Shown here piece by piece: positions 28,641 through 47,900 of a DNA stretch of 64,000 nucleotides (the first letter of the stretch is position 1; each line of letters starts with the position of its first letter). The stretch covers positions 30,050,299 to 30,114,298 of the forward strand of contig NC_134025.1 in NCBI RefSeq assembly GCF_964204645.1, read 5' to 3'. The translations under genes were made by a program, and so were the position numbers. The notes under the pieces were generated by a model. The model worked only from the letters and a program-made list of their open reading frames with translations. It ran no database searches and was not told where the DNA came from. This DNA is from Tubulanus polymorphus (lineage: Eukaryota > Animalia > Nemertea).

Positions 28641-30008
28641 CATAATCTCAAGAGTGACCAAATACGAACTTACCGCGTGATGCTTTTATAGTTCTCCTAA
28701 TCACTTCATTACGCGAATCTTACACCACACACGTTACGGTTAGTCACATTTATTGAGTTCTCAAGTTAATCTTTGAAAGTTACCGCAGCTCACATCATCG
28801 CAACGCTTTCTGCCTGTGCTTAATCTTTAGATTGGTAAATCGGAGGACGATTGAGTGAATGCATTGCGACGCGTATTACTGACTGACTGCTATACCGCAA
28901 TGTCCACACTCTCATACAGTATTAGATAATCGTTAAATGAATCAAACCAGAAATTAAACCTAATAAATTAAACATAAATCACTACGATTTCAATCGGAAT
29001 ATTTGATAGAATTTAATTTTCACGATTCTGAGAATCAGATTTATACATGAGTTAAGTAGATGACCAAACAATGACCGATACGACGTGCGCGTCATTTGCG
29101 GTAAATCGGAGAAATTGAGACTGCGGTAAAAATTAGCTCAGTGATGTCCGAGTTAAAGTCAAAATTCCGAGTCGGCCATGTTCGAGTTTAGGCGAAGTTT
29201 ACTGTATTTGGTGGAAACATTTGGAATGGGTGTGGGCTGTCAGTGAATGATACGGTATCGGGGCATGTTTGGGGTCATTGTTAAGAAGATATTTGGGTAA
29301 GGATCGGAAGTTATAGGTAGCCTTCATCTGTTGAAAATCAAGGCGAATGTGAGAAAAATGTTATTCGGGTAAAATTTTTTTTCTAAATCAGCGGTTCTGT
29401 AGTACTGTACGAATAGAATGCGATGTTTTGGAGATGAGTGTTTTACAGCAGAACTCATCAGGATACGAGTGAATAGAAGAGATGGATACCACACCCGTTC
29501 ACCGGATACAGTCTCATCTAACCGAACATTTACCTATATTTACAAATATCAACACATGGTTTCTACGTTACAAATACATCGAGTTACCGTAATACATAAC
29601 AAAACCTGAAAATTTACTTTAAAACTCACCCAACTGCTGCGCTTTGATCAAAACGTCAATTTGTATATTCCTTTTTCGTCATTGAGAATTTTAGAAAATA
29701 TTTTTTTCAGAAAATACAGGACGGTTCGATCATAAGTCTATGTTTGAGTGTTATTATGATAGTTGCATAGAATGAACGAATAGAGAAGTTCAACCATCAA
29801 CACGCCTTCGTGACGTCTTATTTCGATGTATAAAAATTTCAGGGATTTCGCTAAAAGTTCTCCCTTCCCCGGGCAGTAGATTGTAGATAATTTGGGAAGG
29901 GCTGCTGCACTTCAAACGGATGAACCAGAACAATCACGTAGGTCTAAAACGAGTGACCGCGATCAAAGAATCTATTTACATCAGTGTCGTCAGTGACAAT
30001 GTTGGTCT

Positions 30009-30172
30009 GGGGAGGAGGGGGAGGTGTTGGGAGAGGAGGAAAGGAGAAATATAAGAGGAGTAGGTGGAGAAAGAGGAATAAGAGGAGAAGGCGTGGAAGA
30101 CGAGAAGGAGGAGTAGAAGAAGGACAAGGAGGGAGAAGAGGAGGCCGAGTAGTAGATGGAAGAAAACGAAGA
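30009..30172. repeat. Polypurine low-complexity tract
   Basis: GA-rich tract on the + strand; source of three spurious ORFs. Confidence 0.85.
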
Positions 30173-33100
30173 AGTATCTGATCGTTTATTAATATTTTCC
30201 AATCAATTATAGACGAATTCTGTGCGGGCATTTCGGGAAAAAATGATGAGTAAATAGATATAGACACGAAGCCAGGAGCGGACGATAGACTTTCACAGGT
30301 GAACGCGCATGGAAAGTTCCGCAAAGGTGATCAAACTCCTCTCTCTCTCCGTAACGCGCCGAATATCGATGACAAAATGTCCTTTGGAAGGAAAAGAAAT
30401 AAGATAATGTTTAATCGATCAGTTCTCGCAGGAGGCATGGGACACTGAGAAGCGTAATCCACTGGTGACCGGCTCTGATTCGATTACGAGCAGGAAAATA
30501 TATCCAATCATTTCTATATGTTTCTGTGAATTATTCATTCTTGTCTTGTCATTTTCTTCTTCACAGTAAATCTAAATAACGAGAAGACGGAACTGAATGG
30601 ATTTAGCGTGCGTGGTATGTGTGTGTGTTAGTCTACTGGGTGTATTTAAAGAGAAATAGATAAAGAATAGATATCACGAAGCGTATATATGCTAATGGTC
30701 AGAACTGGAACCGAAATCATACGCAAATAATACACAGACATCTACTCCCAATCAGAAATCCATTAGCTCATCATCGTCCGAGATGTCTCTAGCTCATTAT
30801 TCTAATGTCTATTGATTTCGATGACGATACGAAGAACATTTTTCGCTGTATTTTCGTTCGTTTTTCCGGAGATGAAGTTGAATCATCCTCGCGCTCCACG
30901 ATGATGAAGGTTATTGCAGGTAAATCTTCATCAACGCGCTATTACTAGTATCGGTAATCATTATCATTCTTAGAATATCTAGTTCACCGAAATTCCGAAG
31001 AGAATAGATACGGCTGGTTAATTCTTTAAACGTTTTTGTCTCTGAGGACCAAATTCCCCAGTTATATGTCTAGACTAGAGTTTAATCGTTCTACATTCGA
31101 AAATGAGCTAAGTTAATGTGAATCCGGGTCCTGACCAGCATTAACTGCATAACTTTGAAAATCCCTTCCCGAAATAGATAAAAATTGTTTTTTCAATTTT
31201 CACTCGTGTCTGCAATTTCTTTTTTTTCTGACAGATGAGAACATTTAAAAATAGTGTTCAGAAATGTATACAGCCTGAAGAGAGCCCAACGCAACATTTC
31301 CATTTTCAGCTTTTGATAGAAATTTAATTAGATTACGATCTCATGCTCCCAAATATCGATGCTTTTTGCGCAAAAGCGACAAATTATTGATTAGACGCAA
31401 CGCTGGCAGACGATAGGGATTTCGTCATCCTTTGTCGTCCTCGACGAAATGCTCTAATATCACTCTAATCCTTCTTCTAGGCGTTAATAGAAAAAAGTAC
31501 GACCGTTCTAAAGAACCGAATCGTGTAGCCCGATGAGCCAGTCGTTTGTTTGGATAGTAAATAAAACCGATAGCTAAAAACGTGATAAACTGCGCATTCT
31601 CGGATCTATTGTGTAGACATAGGAATTGCTAGGTTACAGTAGAAATATCATAACGTGCGAAATGATGAAATAATCAGAAAATTTCTCAACTATCAAACTA
31701 CGACTCCGTCGGCCATCTTTAATCTCTACAAACATTAAGAATTCGTCGATAATGGATAAGTTACAGAATACACCCCCGTGATTAGAACACAAAAGATATT
31801 TCATGCGTGTATTCTGGAAGACACGATACACCGCTAACCATCGAGTCTTTGATCTATTTCATACCCCGCATTAACCGCTCTTTGAGAACCGAAAACTAGT
31901 AATTAAAACAATCCCTACCTTTTCTCATACAACACTGGTCGTAGAACAATATATCCAAAGATTCGTATGGCGTGAATAACAGTTCGGAATTTTCCCTATT
32001 CGCGTTGGTATGAAATTGATAATTCAAAGTGAAGGTATGTACGTGAAACCAAGGCAAACATTACCAGCTGCACCAAGAGCTTCCATCCCGATATCAAATT
32101 TCTAACTATTAAATTCATTGGGGGTGAAATGCGCATGGATGCTGATAACACGCGATGAAACCTCGCTTCAAAAACAATGAACATCATATTGACATCGGGT
32201 TACAGCGAACACGACGAGTAGTATAGTCCTATATGAGATGGTCAATCATTAATCACGAACTCTAAAATGTCTAAGAGTGCAGGGTTAAATCTTCTCATAG
32301 AATCTGAAAATGCAATGCATTCAATATATATATATAGATATATAGATATATAATTTTTTTGTCAGCCGCACTTTACAATCATTTCTCAATCGAGCAAATA
32401 AAATGCATGCGTAGAAATGTAAACATAAAACTGAAAGTCAAACAGTTCTAACATTTTATTTCATAAAATGATATCCGTGGATCTTTGATCGATGCGTAGG
32501 GAAGTATTTATACAAATATTACGTTAAACAAATGTCGGTGAAACAAAACGAATTCATAAAACCTGATTTTCGGTGTCTTTTTCCACAGACAAAATGCACA
32601 ATTGAGTTCGGAATATATAATTGATTGTTCGGTCTATTTGTCAGCTGAAAGCATCCAGTATTTTTATGCACTTGTTTCCGATACTTATCTGTATCTTCAT
32701 CAAATGTCTCGGATAGAAAATACAATAAATCTGTCATCGGGTCGGAAACTCATTGCAGTAAGTCAATTGAGCGCTTACACAATGAGGAAAATAGTCGCCA
32801 GGATTTTGTCGATAATAAGCTTCATTTAAATATGCTCGATATACACGGCTATGTATTTCTGTGTTTGATCTGCAGTCGATAATAAGTTGAAAATGGACTT
32901 GATCTTGTATTCTTAATAATTCACGTGTATATATTGGTTATGGGGAGCAAAACGGGCCTTGTCCCTGACGACGAGCTCGTGCAATCACGCTTTTGTCACT
33001 TGATGGCGCCATGACGGTCATTCACAGGACGAATCCCTGAATTTTTTATTCGCGAGTCTCCAGCACTGACGACAAACTATGACGTCACTCCTCTGGCTCC

Positions 33101-33439
33101 GGGGTTTTTAAGTGATCGGGTTCGAATCCCGATATGATATTCCTCCGAGCATGCTGTTGTATGACAAAATTAATGACAGTTCCAAACCATTTTCCGCACT
33201 TAATGGCATTTGACATTCTATGATAGTTATTATATATGGATGTAAATCGTAGCGTATTCCATGTTTTTTTAATGGACACTCGATACAGTTTACCTCCGTG
33301 GGCGTCAGTGATGGACGAATACGGGATTTGCCTTCGCTAGTTGCAATCTAATCTCTCTTGTCAGCCCCAGGTCTTATTTCCATCGAAAAAAATGCCCCGA
33401 ATCGAAACAAAAATCGTTTTCTCTCGTGATATTCGAGCC

Positions 33440-33445
33440 TTTATT
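33440..33445 (-). terminator. Polyadenylation signal AATAAA of POLR2G
   Basis: TTTATT on the + strand ~75 nt downstream of the POLR2G stop codon. Confidence 0.6.
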
Positions 33446-33520
33446 GATACAGTAAAAAATATATACAGAGTTAAATGCGACAATTCCCGCGTCACTGGTA
33501 AAAACATGACCGAACACATC

Positions 33521-40093
<6,573 letters not shown>

Positions 40094-40505
40094 TGTGTAG
40101 ATGTTTTTTAATTCCAGTCAAACTCGATTTTACTCTGAATATCCACAGAATCGATGACAAATTAGAGAAAAAAGCATAAAATTACAAATACTTCCGGGTT
40201 GCTAATTTCAAAGTGCGCCACCTGGTGTCATCAACACATTCCTAAAATATCGCGCAGGATAACTAGACTGGGCGCCTCCGACTCTACACAGTTCAGCATA
40301 AGCCGCTAGTAAGTGGTGGCAGCACCGTACGGCGATTAAGAGCAGAGAGCAGGTTTCGCGTGGACCAAAATGAAATAAGAGATTAAATTCGTCAAATTAC
40401 GGCTGTTTTTATAAATCCTTCGGATGAAATAAATAATCAGCATCAACAAACCCAACAATTTTTTAAACTGGTCGAGAATAATTGAACCAGGAACTCGTGT
40501 TAATA
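40094..40505. promoter_or_regulatory. Bidirectional promoter between POLR2G and LAS1L
   Basis: 412 bp between divergent start codons; ETS-like ACTTCCGG at 40190-40197, CTCF-like GTGCGCCACCTGGTG at 40213-40227, E2F-like TTTCGCG at 40354-40360. Confidence 0.75.
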
Positions 40506-43082
40506 ATGGAATACCGAATAGTCGGCTGGTTTGATAGGTAATTAAATTAATTGTTATTGATTAATTGACGTACCGCATACTTCTCGTTAATTAATCGAAA
40601 TTATTAATTGATTTATTTAGTAACGAATGGAATCAGGTTTATAACGAACTGTTCAGCAAAAGCAAATCAAAGAGAAAACATGCGTTGAGACGTATTGATG
40701 TGTGGAAAAGCAGGTCAGTCCCCCCTCGGGCTGCCGGGCGGGGAATCTCTGATCAGTTGTGAAACTAGAGTCTTTATTAATCAAATAATTGTTGATGTAA
40801 TTTGTTTTCAGAATGATTAATAAACTATCGGCGTCTATAGAATGTACAGCTCTGTTGATTCAGGCTGTTTTAGATGATGAAGAATCGAGCAGTGAATCAG
40901 AGAACAGAAGCGCTGTCGACACTAAACTGCGTATGAACTATTCTATGGCTCTAATCAGGTATTTTACAATAGAGAGTCTCGGATGATAACACCCCATCCC
41001 TGCTTGAACTGCCCTGTAATTCGCCTCTCTGATAGAATTCATCAGTCCCTCAGATGAAATCTGAGTCAATGTAGAAATTTCTTCTCCTGTTTGATTCTCA
41101 TCTTATTGCTTTCGGTTTATCATGAATTTCGGTCCAATATTTGATTTATTTTCTATTCTATCTGTAGATTTGTGAATGCAATGACTGAAACGCTACAGAA
41201 CCGCGAATACGCCCAGCCTGTACATAAAATAGCTGAATCGGTGCGTTCTATTTCAGTCGGTGTTCATTTCAAACTCTCATGTTTCCCTGAAACTCAAATT
41301 TTGAATTTATTTTAGATGGGTTTACCGGAGTGGTTAGTAGAACTGCGTCATCAGGCGAGTCATTCCGCGCTTCCTTCATTGGAAATACTGAGATGTGGAG
41401 CCGAGTTCTCTTTAAACTGGCTCAAGGTAAAAATAAACTCAGAAAATCCTATTATTCGTTATCATTCAGAAGTTAATGTAAGGCTTTATTTTATAGGCGG
41501 AATATTGGGAATCTCATTTAGACTCGACGCAAGGAATAGAATTAACGCCTCATCAGAAACAAGAACTTTCATTTAGACTCGAAGATACATTTGTAATATA
41601 TATGCAAGAACAATACGAGGTGTGCGATTACCAGGCAAAAAATATAACACTCAGCAGCACTGACAGACAAAGAATACGCACCTCATTGGAGGAAATGGAG
41701 CGACTTGTTTCTATAGATTGGTATGATGATATCAGCGTTTTGAATTGATGAAATTATTGTAAACTTTCATAAACAGATCGATTACTGTTTGATTCTAGTG
41801 AGTTGGCGATAGATGTGATAATGCAAGATGGCTATCTGACACCAACCGTAGAACAGCTATCAGCACTCGGAATAGATGTGGACGAATTGATCTCATCGGA
41901 AAACCCTTCATTACCGCAGAAAGTGAAGAAAATCTGGATTCCTACGTTGAAAGTTCTGAATAAATTGGAAATGATTCAAGCATTAGTTGAGTCGATATTG
42001 AAAGTAATACCAATGTCGACCGGTTTAAGACTGATATTACTAAATGGTTGGATTGATGAAATTCTCTACGCTTTAAATAATCACGCAAATGGTAAATATA
42101 ACAATTCAGATATATACCTGTAACGATCAGGGGTCAGTTGCTCAAAATTTGGTTAGAGTTACCCAGCGGATAGTGACGATTAAAAGTTAATCGTATTTAT
42201 CCGCCAGTTATCTTTGACCAACCTATGAGCAACTGGCACCAGGAATTTAAAAATCGGTTAATTTTAGTGTTGATTGTGTTTTGTAGGTAAAAGAGAGAAG
42301 ATTTTACCGATATTCCAATGTTTAGATTGGAATGTTTTAACGAAATACGTCGATGTTGATTCCGAACAAAATTCATTATTTCAAAGGTCAGAAAATCGAT
42401 TAATTTCAGGTACTACAACCAAACTGTGCTTACCTCAGACCCGTCAGATCTGAGGTACTGTAAATGTGGTTCAGAGAATTAATTGTGAAAATGCAAACGT
42501 TTCTTGCAGAATTTTGGAAGTTTCTAATTTGTCCGAAGCTCAGAAAAGCACGGTAATGAAATTAACAGATATTTACACGAATACCGGTCCACAGAGAACC
42601 CCCAGACAACCTTCTGACGATGATCACAGAATTTATACCATTCATGATTTCACAGGTAAAATCTCTACTGTTTCACATGAATTTCATGATTAAATCTAAT
42701 TTCACTGATCGAAGTAATAATTTTTATTTCAGAGCTGTCGTCGAAAAATACGAAAAAGGAAAATAATTCAAAGAAAATAGACATACACGCAGTAACCTCG
42801 TGCCCAGTTACATCACCGTGGCAACGCTGCAACAATAATACAGACTGGTCTCAATATCCGATCGGATCGGCTCCTGATGTTAGCGTAACGTATAGGAATA
42901 TGGAACTGTGGCAGGATGAGGATTATAACTCATCATCCTCATCTGAGGAGGATGAGGAACATATAACTGAGGATCTAGAGGATATGTCTTACATGTGTTC
43001 AGTGAATGACATTTCACGAACTAGTCGCCGCTTTACGAGGGAACGAATTGAAGAAATCTTATCAAAAGTGACTCCCCTGTAA
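40506..43082 (+). CDS. LAS1L: Ribosome biogenesis endoribonuclease LAS1-like (Las1 HEPN nuclease), ~522 aa, 10 exons
   Basis: Exons 40506-40537, 40621-40713, 40812-40958, 41168-41240, 41316-41426, 41497-41720, 41799-42091, 42287-42386, 42510-42655, 42733-43082; all GT-AG, phases consistent, 1569 nt. Las1 hallmarks: IVGWFDSNEWNQVY, ALRRIDVWKSR, YSMALIRFVN, GLPEWLVELRHQASH (HEPN RxxxxH), WLKAEYW, C-terminal SPWQRC..DWSQYPIG, acidic tail. Confidence 0.95.
42131..42239. mobile_element. PIF/Harbinger-like MITE in LAS1L intron 7
   Basis: TIRs GGGTCAGTTGCTCA / TGAGCAACTGGCAC; 3-bp TSD CAG at 42128-30 and 42240-42. Confidence 0.7.
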
Positions 43083-43093
43083 AACAGACAGAA

Positions 43094-43099
43094 TAATAA
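43094..43099 (+). terminator. Polyadenylation signal AATAAA of LAS1L
   Basis: AATAAA 11 nt after the LAS1L stop; T-rich tract follows at ~43128-43143. Confidence 0.55.
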
Positions 43100-43436
43100 A
43101 ATACTTTACCATGAAATTGGAAAACAACTTTTAAATTCTTTTTACTGCAATGGATTTCTCAGTGAGATGACCGAGGACGTCATTTCTCAAATGGCGAGGA
43201 AGGATCTGTAACACCGAGACGACTCTGTTTCTATATTCATCATGCGATCATTCAATTATTACGTATGCATTAAGTTAAGATCTTTCCACGCTTTGTGCGC
43301 AAAAGCGACCAGTTTTTCCAATACTTTGAGTCTATTAGTAAGCAACTGCACTAAGACCCTCCCCTAATGCCAACGAAATAAATGAACGACCAATAACTGA
43401 AACATAAAACACCATGTCTTTTAAAAGTAACATATA

Positions 43437-43442
43437 TTTATT
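43437..43442 (-). terminator. Candidate distal polyadenylation signal of the PET-LIM gene
   Basis: AATAAA on the minus strand followed by a GT/T-rich tract (reverse complement of ~43397-43412); implies a ~1.5 kb 3'UTR. An alternative signal lies near 44027. Confidence 0.4.
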
Positions 43443-43680
43443 GCTAAAGAGCCAGAAGATTCATCATTGAGGCGCGGTAAACAATAAAATAAATCTTTTT
43501 TTATGAACAATCCAACAGGCCAAAGATGCTATTTAAAACTAAAAAAGCGAACTGCGCTCAGTACATACAGTTTCATATATAACCGCAATCACAGCATAGT
43601 AAATCTAGAGTATTACGTTATTTTCTAGAAGTTCAATTGTTTTTCTACGCTAGTTATTCATTCAGTTTCTAAAGATATGC

Positions 43681-43890
43681 CAGGGGCAGATCCAGGGTCC
43701 AATCTTGTCTACTGGTACCTCGCCAATGAAAAAAGACCCCCTAGCACAAACACCCCCCTACCCCCATCCTAAAACTCAGTGATTTAGTGTACTCCGAGAT
43801 TTACTCTTGGTTTCCAAAGCCATTTAGAATTTGTTCAAGGGCATTTCAGATATTTTGAGTGCCATGTGTGAAGCACCCTGGATCCCCCTG
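43681..43890. mobile_element. hAT-like MITE between the convergent LAS1L and PET-LIM 3' ends
   Basis: TIRs CAGGGGCAGATCCAGGGT / ACCCTGGATCCCCCTG; a related degenerate copy lies at ~48565-48640. Confidence 0.6.
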
Positions 43891-44934
43891 ATGCTATAGA
43901 ATCCATTAATTCAGCAGAAGCGATTAAATTACTATCATTATTATCATTACATAGTGTATCGGTATTTCATGAGGAAAACATCAATTCAATCAGTTCATTG
44001 AGACCAGTTCTTACACAACGCCGAATTTCCTTGTATTTACATCGCGACTCAATCACCGCTTGGTTTTTATTTACATGTGGTGGATGCTATAATATATATG
44101 TGTATTCATATCATACGTGGTTGAAATATCACAGTTCAAAATATCTGGGTATCATAAAACAACCCATCATGCCGTAGAGCGCCCTCAAGTGGTCCGTTAT
44201 TGATAATGATATAAGATGTACACTATGTTTCTGTGAATGTTAGAACTGGTCACATTAAACATAGAAAATTGATGTTTCTTTTACGAAGCACAATTTCAAT
44301 AAAACTAGCACAACCTTATTATTCCTACCATCCATTTACTAGAATTATCTATTTTCACTCATTTCTCGAAAAACACATTTCGCTGTTACTCATTAATTAC
44401 GGCTTGTTGCGGGTTTTAAAAGCAATTTTCGCGACACACGAAGAACGATTTACACGAAGACGGTATCGCACAAATAGAAATGCAGGTCAGATTAGTAATG
44501 ACTTAGAGAAAGAGAGATGGTGGCAGGTATTAATCAATTTTTATAAAATACTGAACAACCGACCGACATAAATTAATCATTTACTATTTACAAACTCTAG
44601 TAGGTAACATTTCATTGATTAAAAGAGACTCAGTTGATACTTGCTTCATTCATAATACACACCATGTATTCTTTACAATAACCGGTTTTCTTCATTAAAA
44701 TCAAGTTGTTGCATTTAATACCCATTCGGTTTTTAAATGTAATACCAATTAATTAAATTACTTGTAGTGCAATCTCCTAAATTATGAAATATATAAGTTA
44801 TATTCATTAATGAACTCGTTGTATTATGGGTATGCGTCTTCTTTCGTCGCGAAAAAAGATACAAGGCCATAAAATCCGAAAGCTTCATCTAGATTTCGGC
44901 TGAATGCCGACCCCGATGTGTTTGGATCAGTTGT

Positions 44935-47900
44935 TTAAGATCGGCCGCAAGTTGGGCACAGAATATCAGCACCATCAGTGAGGAATCCTCGCCCGACTAA
45001 AGACGTGTTACACTTGTAACAGTTGAAGCAGTCACTGTGCCAATGACGTTCCTCAAACGAAATGAATTTCGTGCTGCCAATACCTACAAAAAAACGATAA
45101 ATCATTTATAAATCATTTGTCACAAACATCTGCCAAATATTCTCTCAAATAGTTTATGTTAATGGTCAATTTACTGCTAATTCTGTTTACGCAGTTATCA
45201 ACTTGCTGCCTGCACCCTCGCCCCCTCATGCAATCACCATACGATCGGCGAATAGTAACCACACTCAAACGTGGAGAATGGATGATATAATAAAAAGTCG
45301 AGAGTTCGAAACATTGTATCATTTTAAAGTTTTGATTAGATATATTTTTGGTTTTAAAACTTTTAGATCTGTACATATTGGGTTTTTATTCTATCATAAT
45401 GGGTGAAGTTTGAGCTGTTGAGGTCTAGCGCAGTTTTCATAAGGATGGTTGATGGGATAGACGGCAACTTTTCTGAGTGGATAAAACAGCAGATTGTCTT
45501 AGCGTTACAGAGAGTAGAGTCTGAGAGTAGCAGAGAGGTAATTGTCTGAAAGTTACATACAGCAGGTATCAGTAGTCTTAGGGAGTAGGCTGATCGACAG
45601 CTGCATCAGTTTGAAGAAAGAATATCTGGATACGGTATGTTAATTTCAAATTCATTCTATCTGTTATCAAATTCAAATTCAAATTAATACTTAGCAATCC
45701 AGTTATTCCATATTATACAATGTGTACAAAATGACATAATCTTGTAAAAACTGTATTGCTGCGGCTGATGACTCGTAAATAGATGAGTATTAATCAGACA
45801 ACATGACTGTATTCATTCGAGTGGAAAATAGCCGGAAATATTGACCTCGATCGAGAGAGGAGAGAGAGATTTCCAGCCATTAATTGATTCATAATTCATG
45901 ATTCAGGACATACTATAATCTACTCCATGATCGATAAACTAACAACAATTTCAGATCATCTTCGGAGAGAGATATCTAATCCTATATCATATATATATAT
46001 ATATTTACCAGTGATTGGTTTAGTGCATTTACAGCACTTCTTGGCGAACAGTTCACCGTAGCAGTTAGCGCAATATGGTTTCTCATCCTTCGATGTAAAC
46101 TTTTGGCCGGCTAATTCCAGGTTACAATTTGTGCAGGCGAAACATTCACGATGGAAAGGATTTCCCTTGTAGGTAACGCCACCTTTATTAATCACCTGAA
46201 ACGAGAGGCATTGATAGAAACCTTGTAATGAAGTTTCAAATGACAATCACATAGGAATCACTTGTGCAACCGGCATTGCTGACAGTCACAGGGGTGTGTT
46301 GGTCGACAGGCTCCACAATCCTCGCTGATAGTCGCAAGACTGGCAAACGCTTAATGAATATCTTGCTAAGAAGACTCGCGCAATATAATTTTGAAAATTC
46401 AGTTCAATGAATTTTTCAATGACCACAGCTTGATGACTTTCCATGACCACAATGAACACTCCCCACTAAACTCCCCACAAAACGAATCTTTCTTCCACCT
46501 GCCTTTTCAGAAAGAATGGCTAATTTCATCAGAATATGCAATTTCAAGTGAATTTTGCTGAGATGGTGAATATATTTTGTCATGCGCAGTTTGATCGGGT
46601 AGATTTAATTTTGTCGACTGGAACCAAACAACACGGAGATTACCACGTATTTCTAATCAATCTTACTCACCCCATTGCACTTCTGACAGCGCTGGGCAAA
46701 CTGCTCCTCATAACACGGTATACAAACAACATCATTATCCTTCGGGATAAAACTTTTACTGCCGATCGGCTGCTTGCAAACCAAGCAACAAAAGCAGTTG
46801 TCGTGCCATTGCTTATTCTTGTATTCAAATTTCTTCATACCTGAAATAAATCGAGAATCATATTTGAGGACCCCTGCCACGATCCGGTTAGGTCGTTTCG
46901 AATGCGTCAACCGCGACTTACCAGCCTTGAATATGTCTCCGCAGCCATCGCAGCGAGGAGCGAAATTCTTGTCGTGACAATCGGGACAGTACAACTTGTC
47001 ATTCTTAGAAGCAAAGTGTTTGTCAACGAGGGAACATTGACAATCACAACACTTGAAACAAGCCTCGTGCCAATGTCTTTCCTTGTAGGACAGGTCCTGA
47101 AATACAGCAATAATAATATGCTATAGAGAATTTAATATAGTATATATATAATATAATAGAAAAATAATAAATTTAATTTGGAAAATTTTTGAAATTCAAA
47201 CATCTGGACCCAGTTGCACAGTGTGACATGCGTCTCAAGTTGTTGAATTGGCTATAAGAACCAAAACAGGCTCAGGCTGATCCTGAACTTAAACCGGGAT
47301 TCTGCAACTGACACCGGAAACATGTGGGAGATTGGACAGGTAAACCTTGCGCAGGAACAAACAATCCTGGCCCCAGGTCTCCGCAATTTTCATTAAGACC
47401 ATTACTTTCAGTCAGTTCATTAATATCGTTATAGTAGAGCGTGATACAAAGTCGTCGATGCTTTCAGAACGATCGACTAAGATTAATATGCAGAACACTT
47501 CAAATTTACAGCATATCGTCGTTGAGATTTTATTGAAGTATCAGCGATTTCGATATTGTGTAGAATCGGTTTCAATCTACGCAGTGTCAACATCGCTGAT
47601 GATTACTGGAGTTAGAGAGAGATAATCTGAGAATTGCTGGTTCTCTGTGATCGCAATGAGAGCTATTAACAGCCCCTAATGTATAATCATTCCTGAGCAT
47701 GAATATATCACAACCGATACGGCCTATAACTAACAGATTCCCGACTAACAGTTTCCTCTGAGGCATTTCGCAATGCTAACGGGTTGTTTTATTACTATTT
47801 CTTGCATTCAATGGTAGCATTGGTCTTTTAAATCTCTAAAATTGTTTGGTTCAACATTTCTCCTTTTAATTGACCATTTCTTTTTCAATTCGTAAATTTG

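Noticed and set aside
28340-30324. Pro/Ser-rich and Gly/Arg-rich ORFs
   Set aside because: Translations of CT- and GA-rich low-complexity tracts.
27144-32287. piggyBac-like TTAACCC...GGGTTAA ends defining a 5-kb element
   Set aside because: The ends do not match beyond 7 bp and no transposase remnant is visible between them.
46536-47126. Plus-strand ORFs over 46.5-47.1 kb (and 49756-49989, 59942-60181)
   Set aside because: Antisense shadows of LIM-domain exons.
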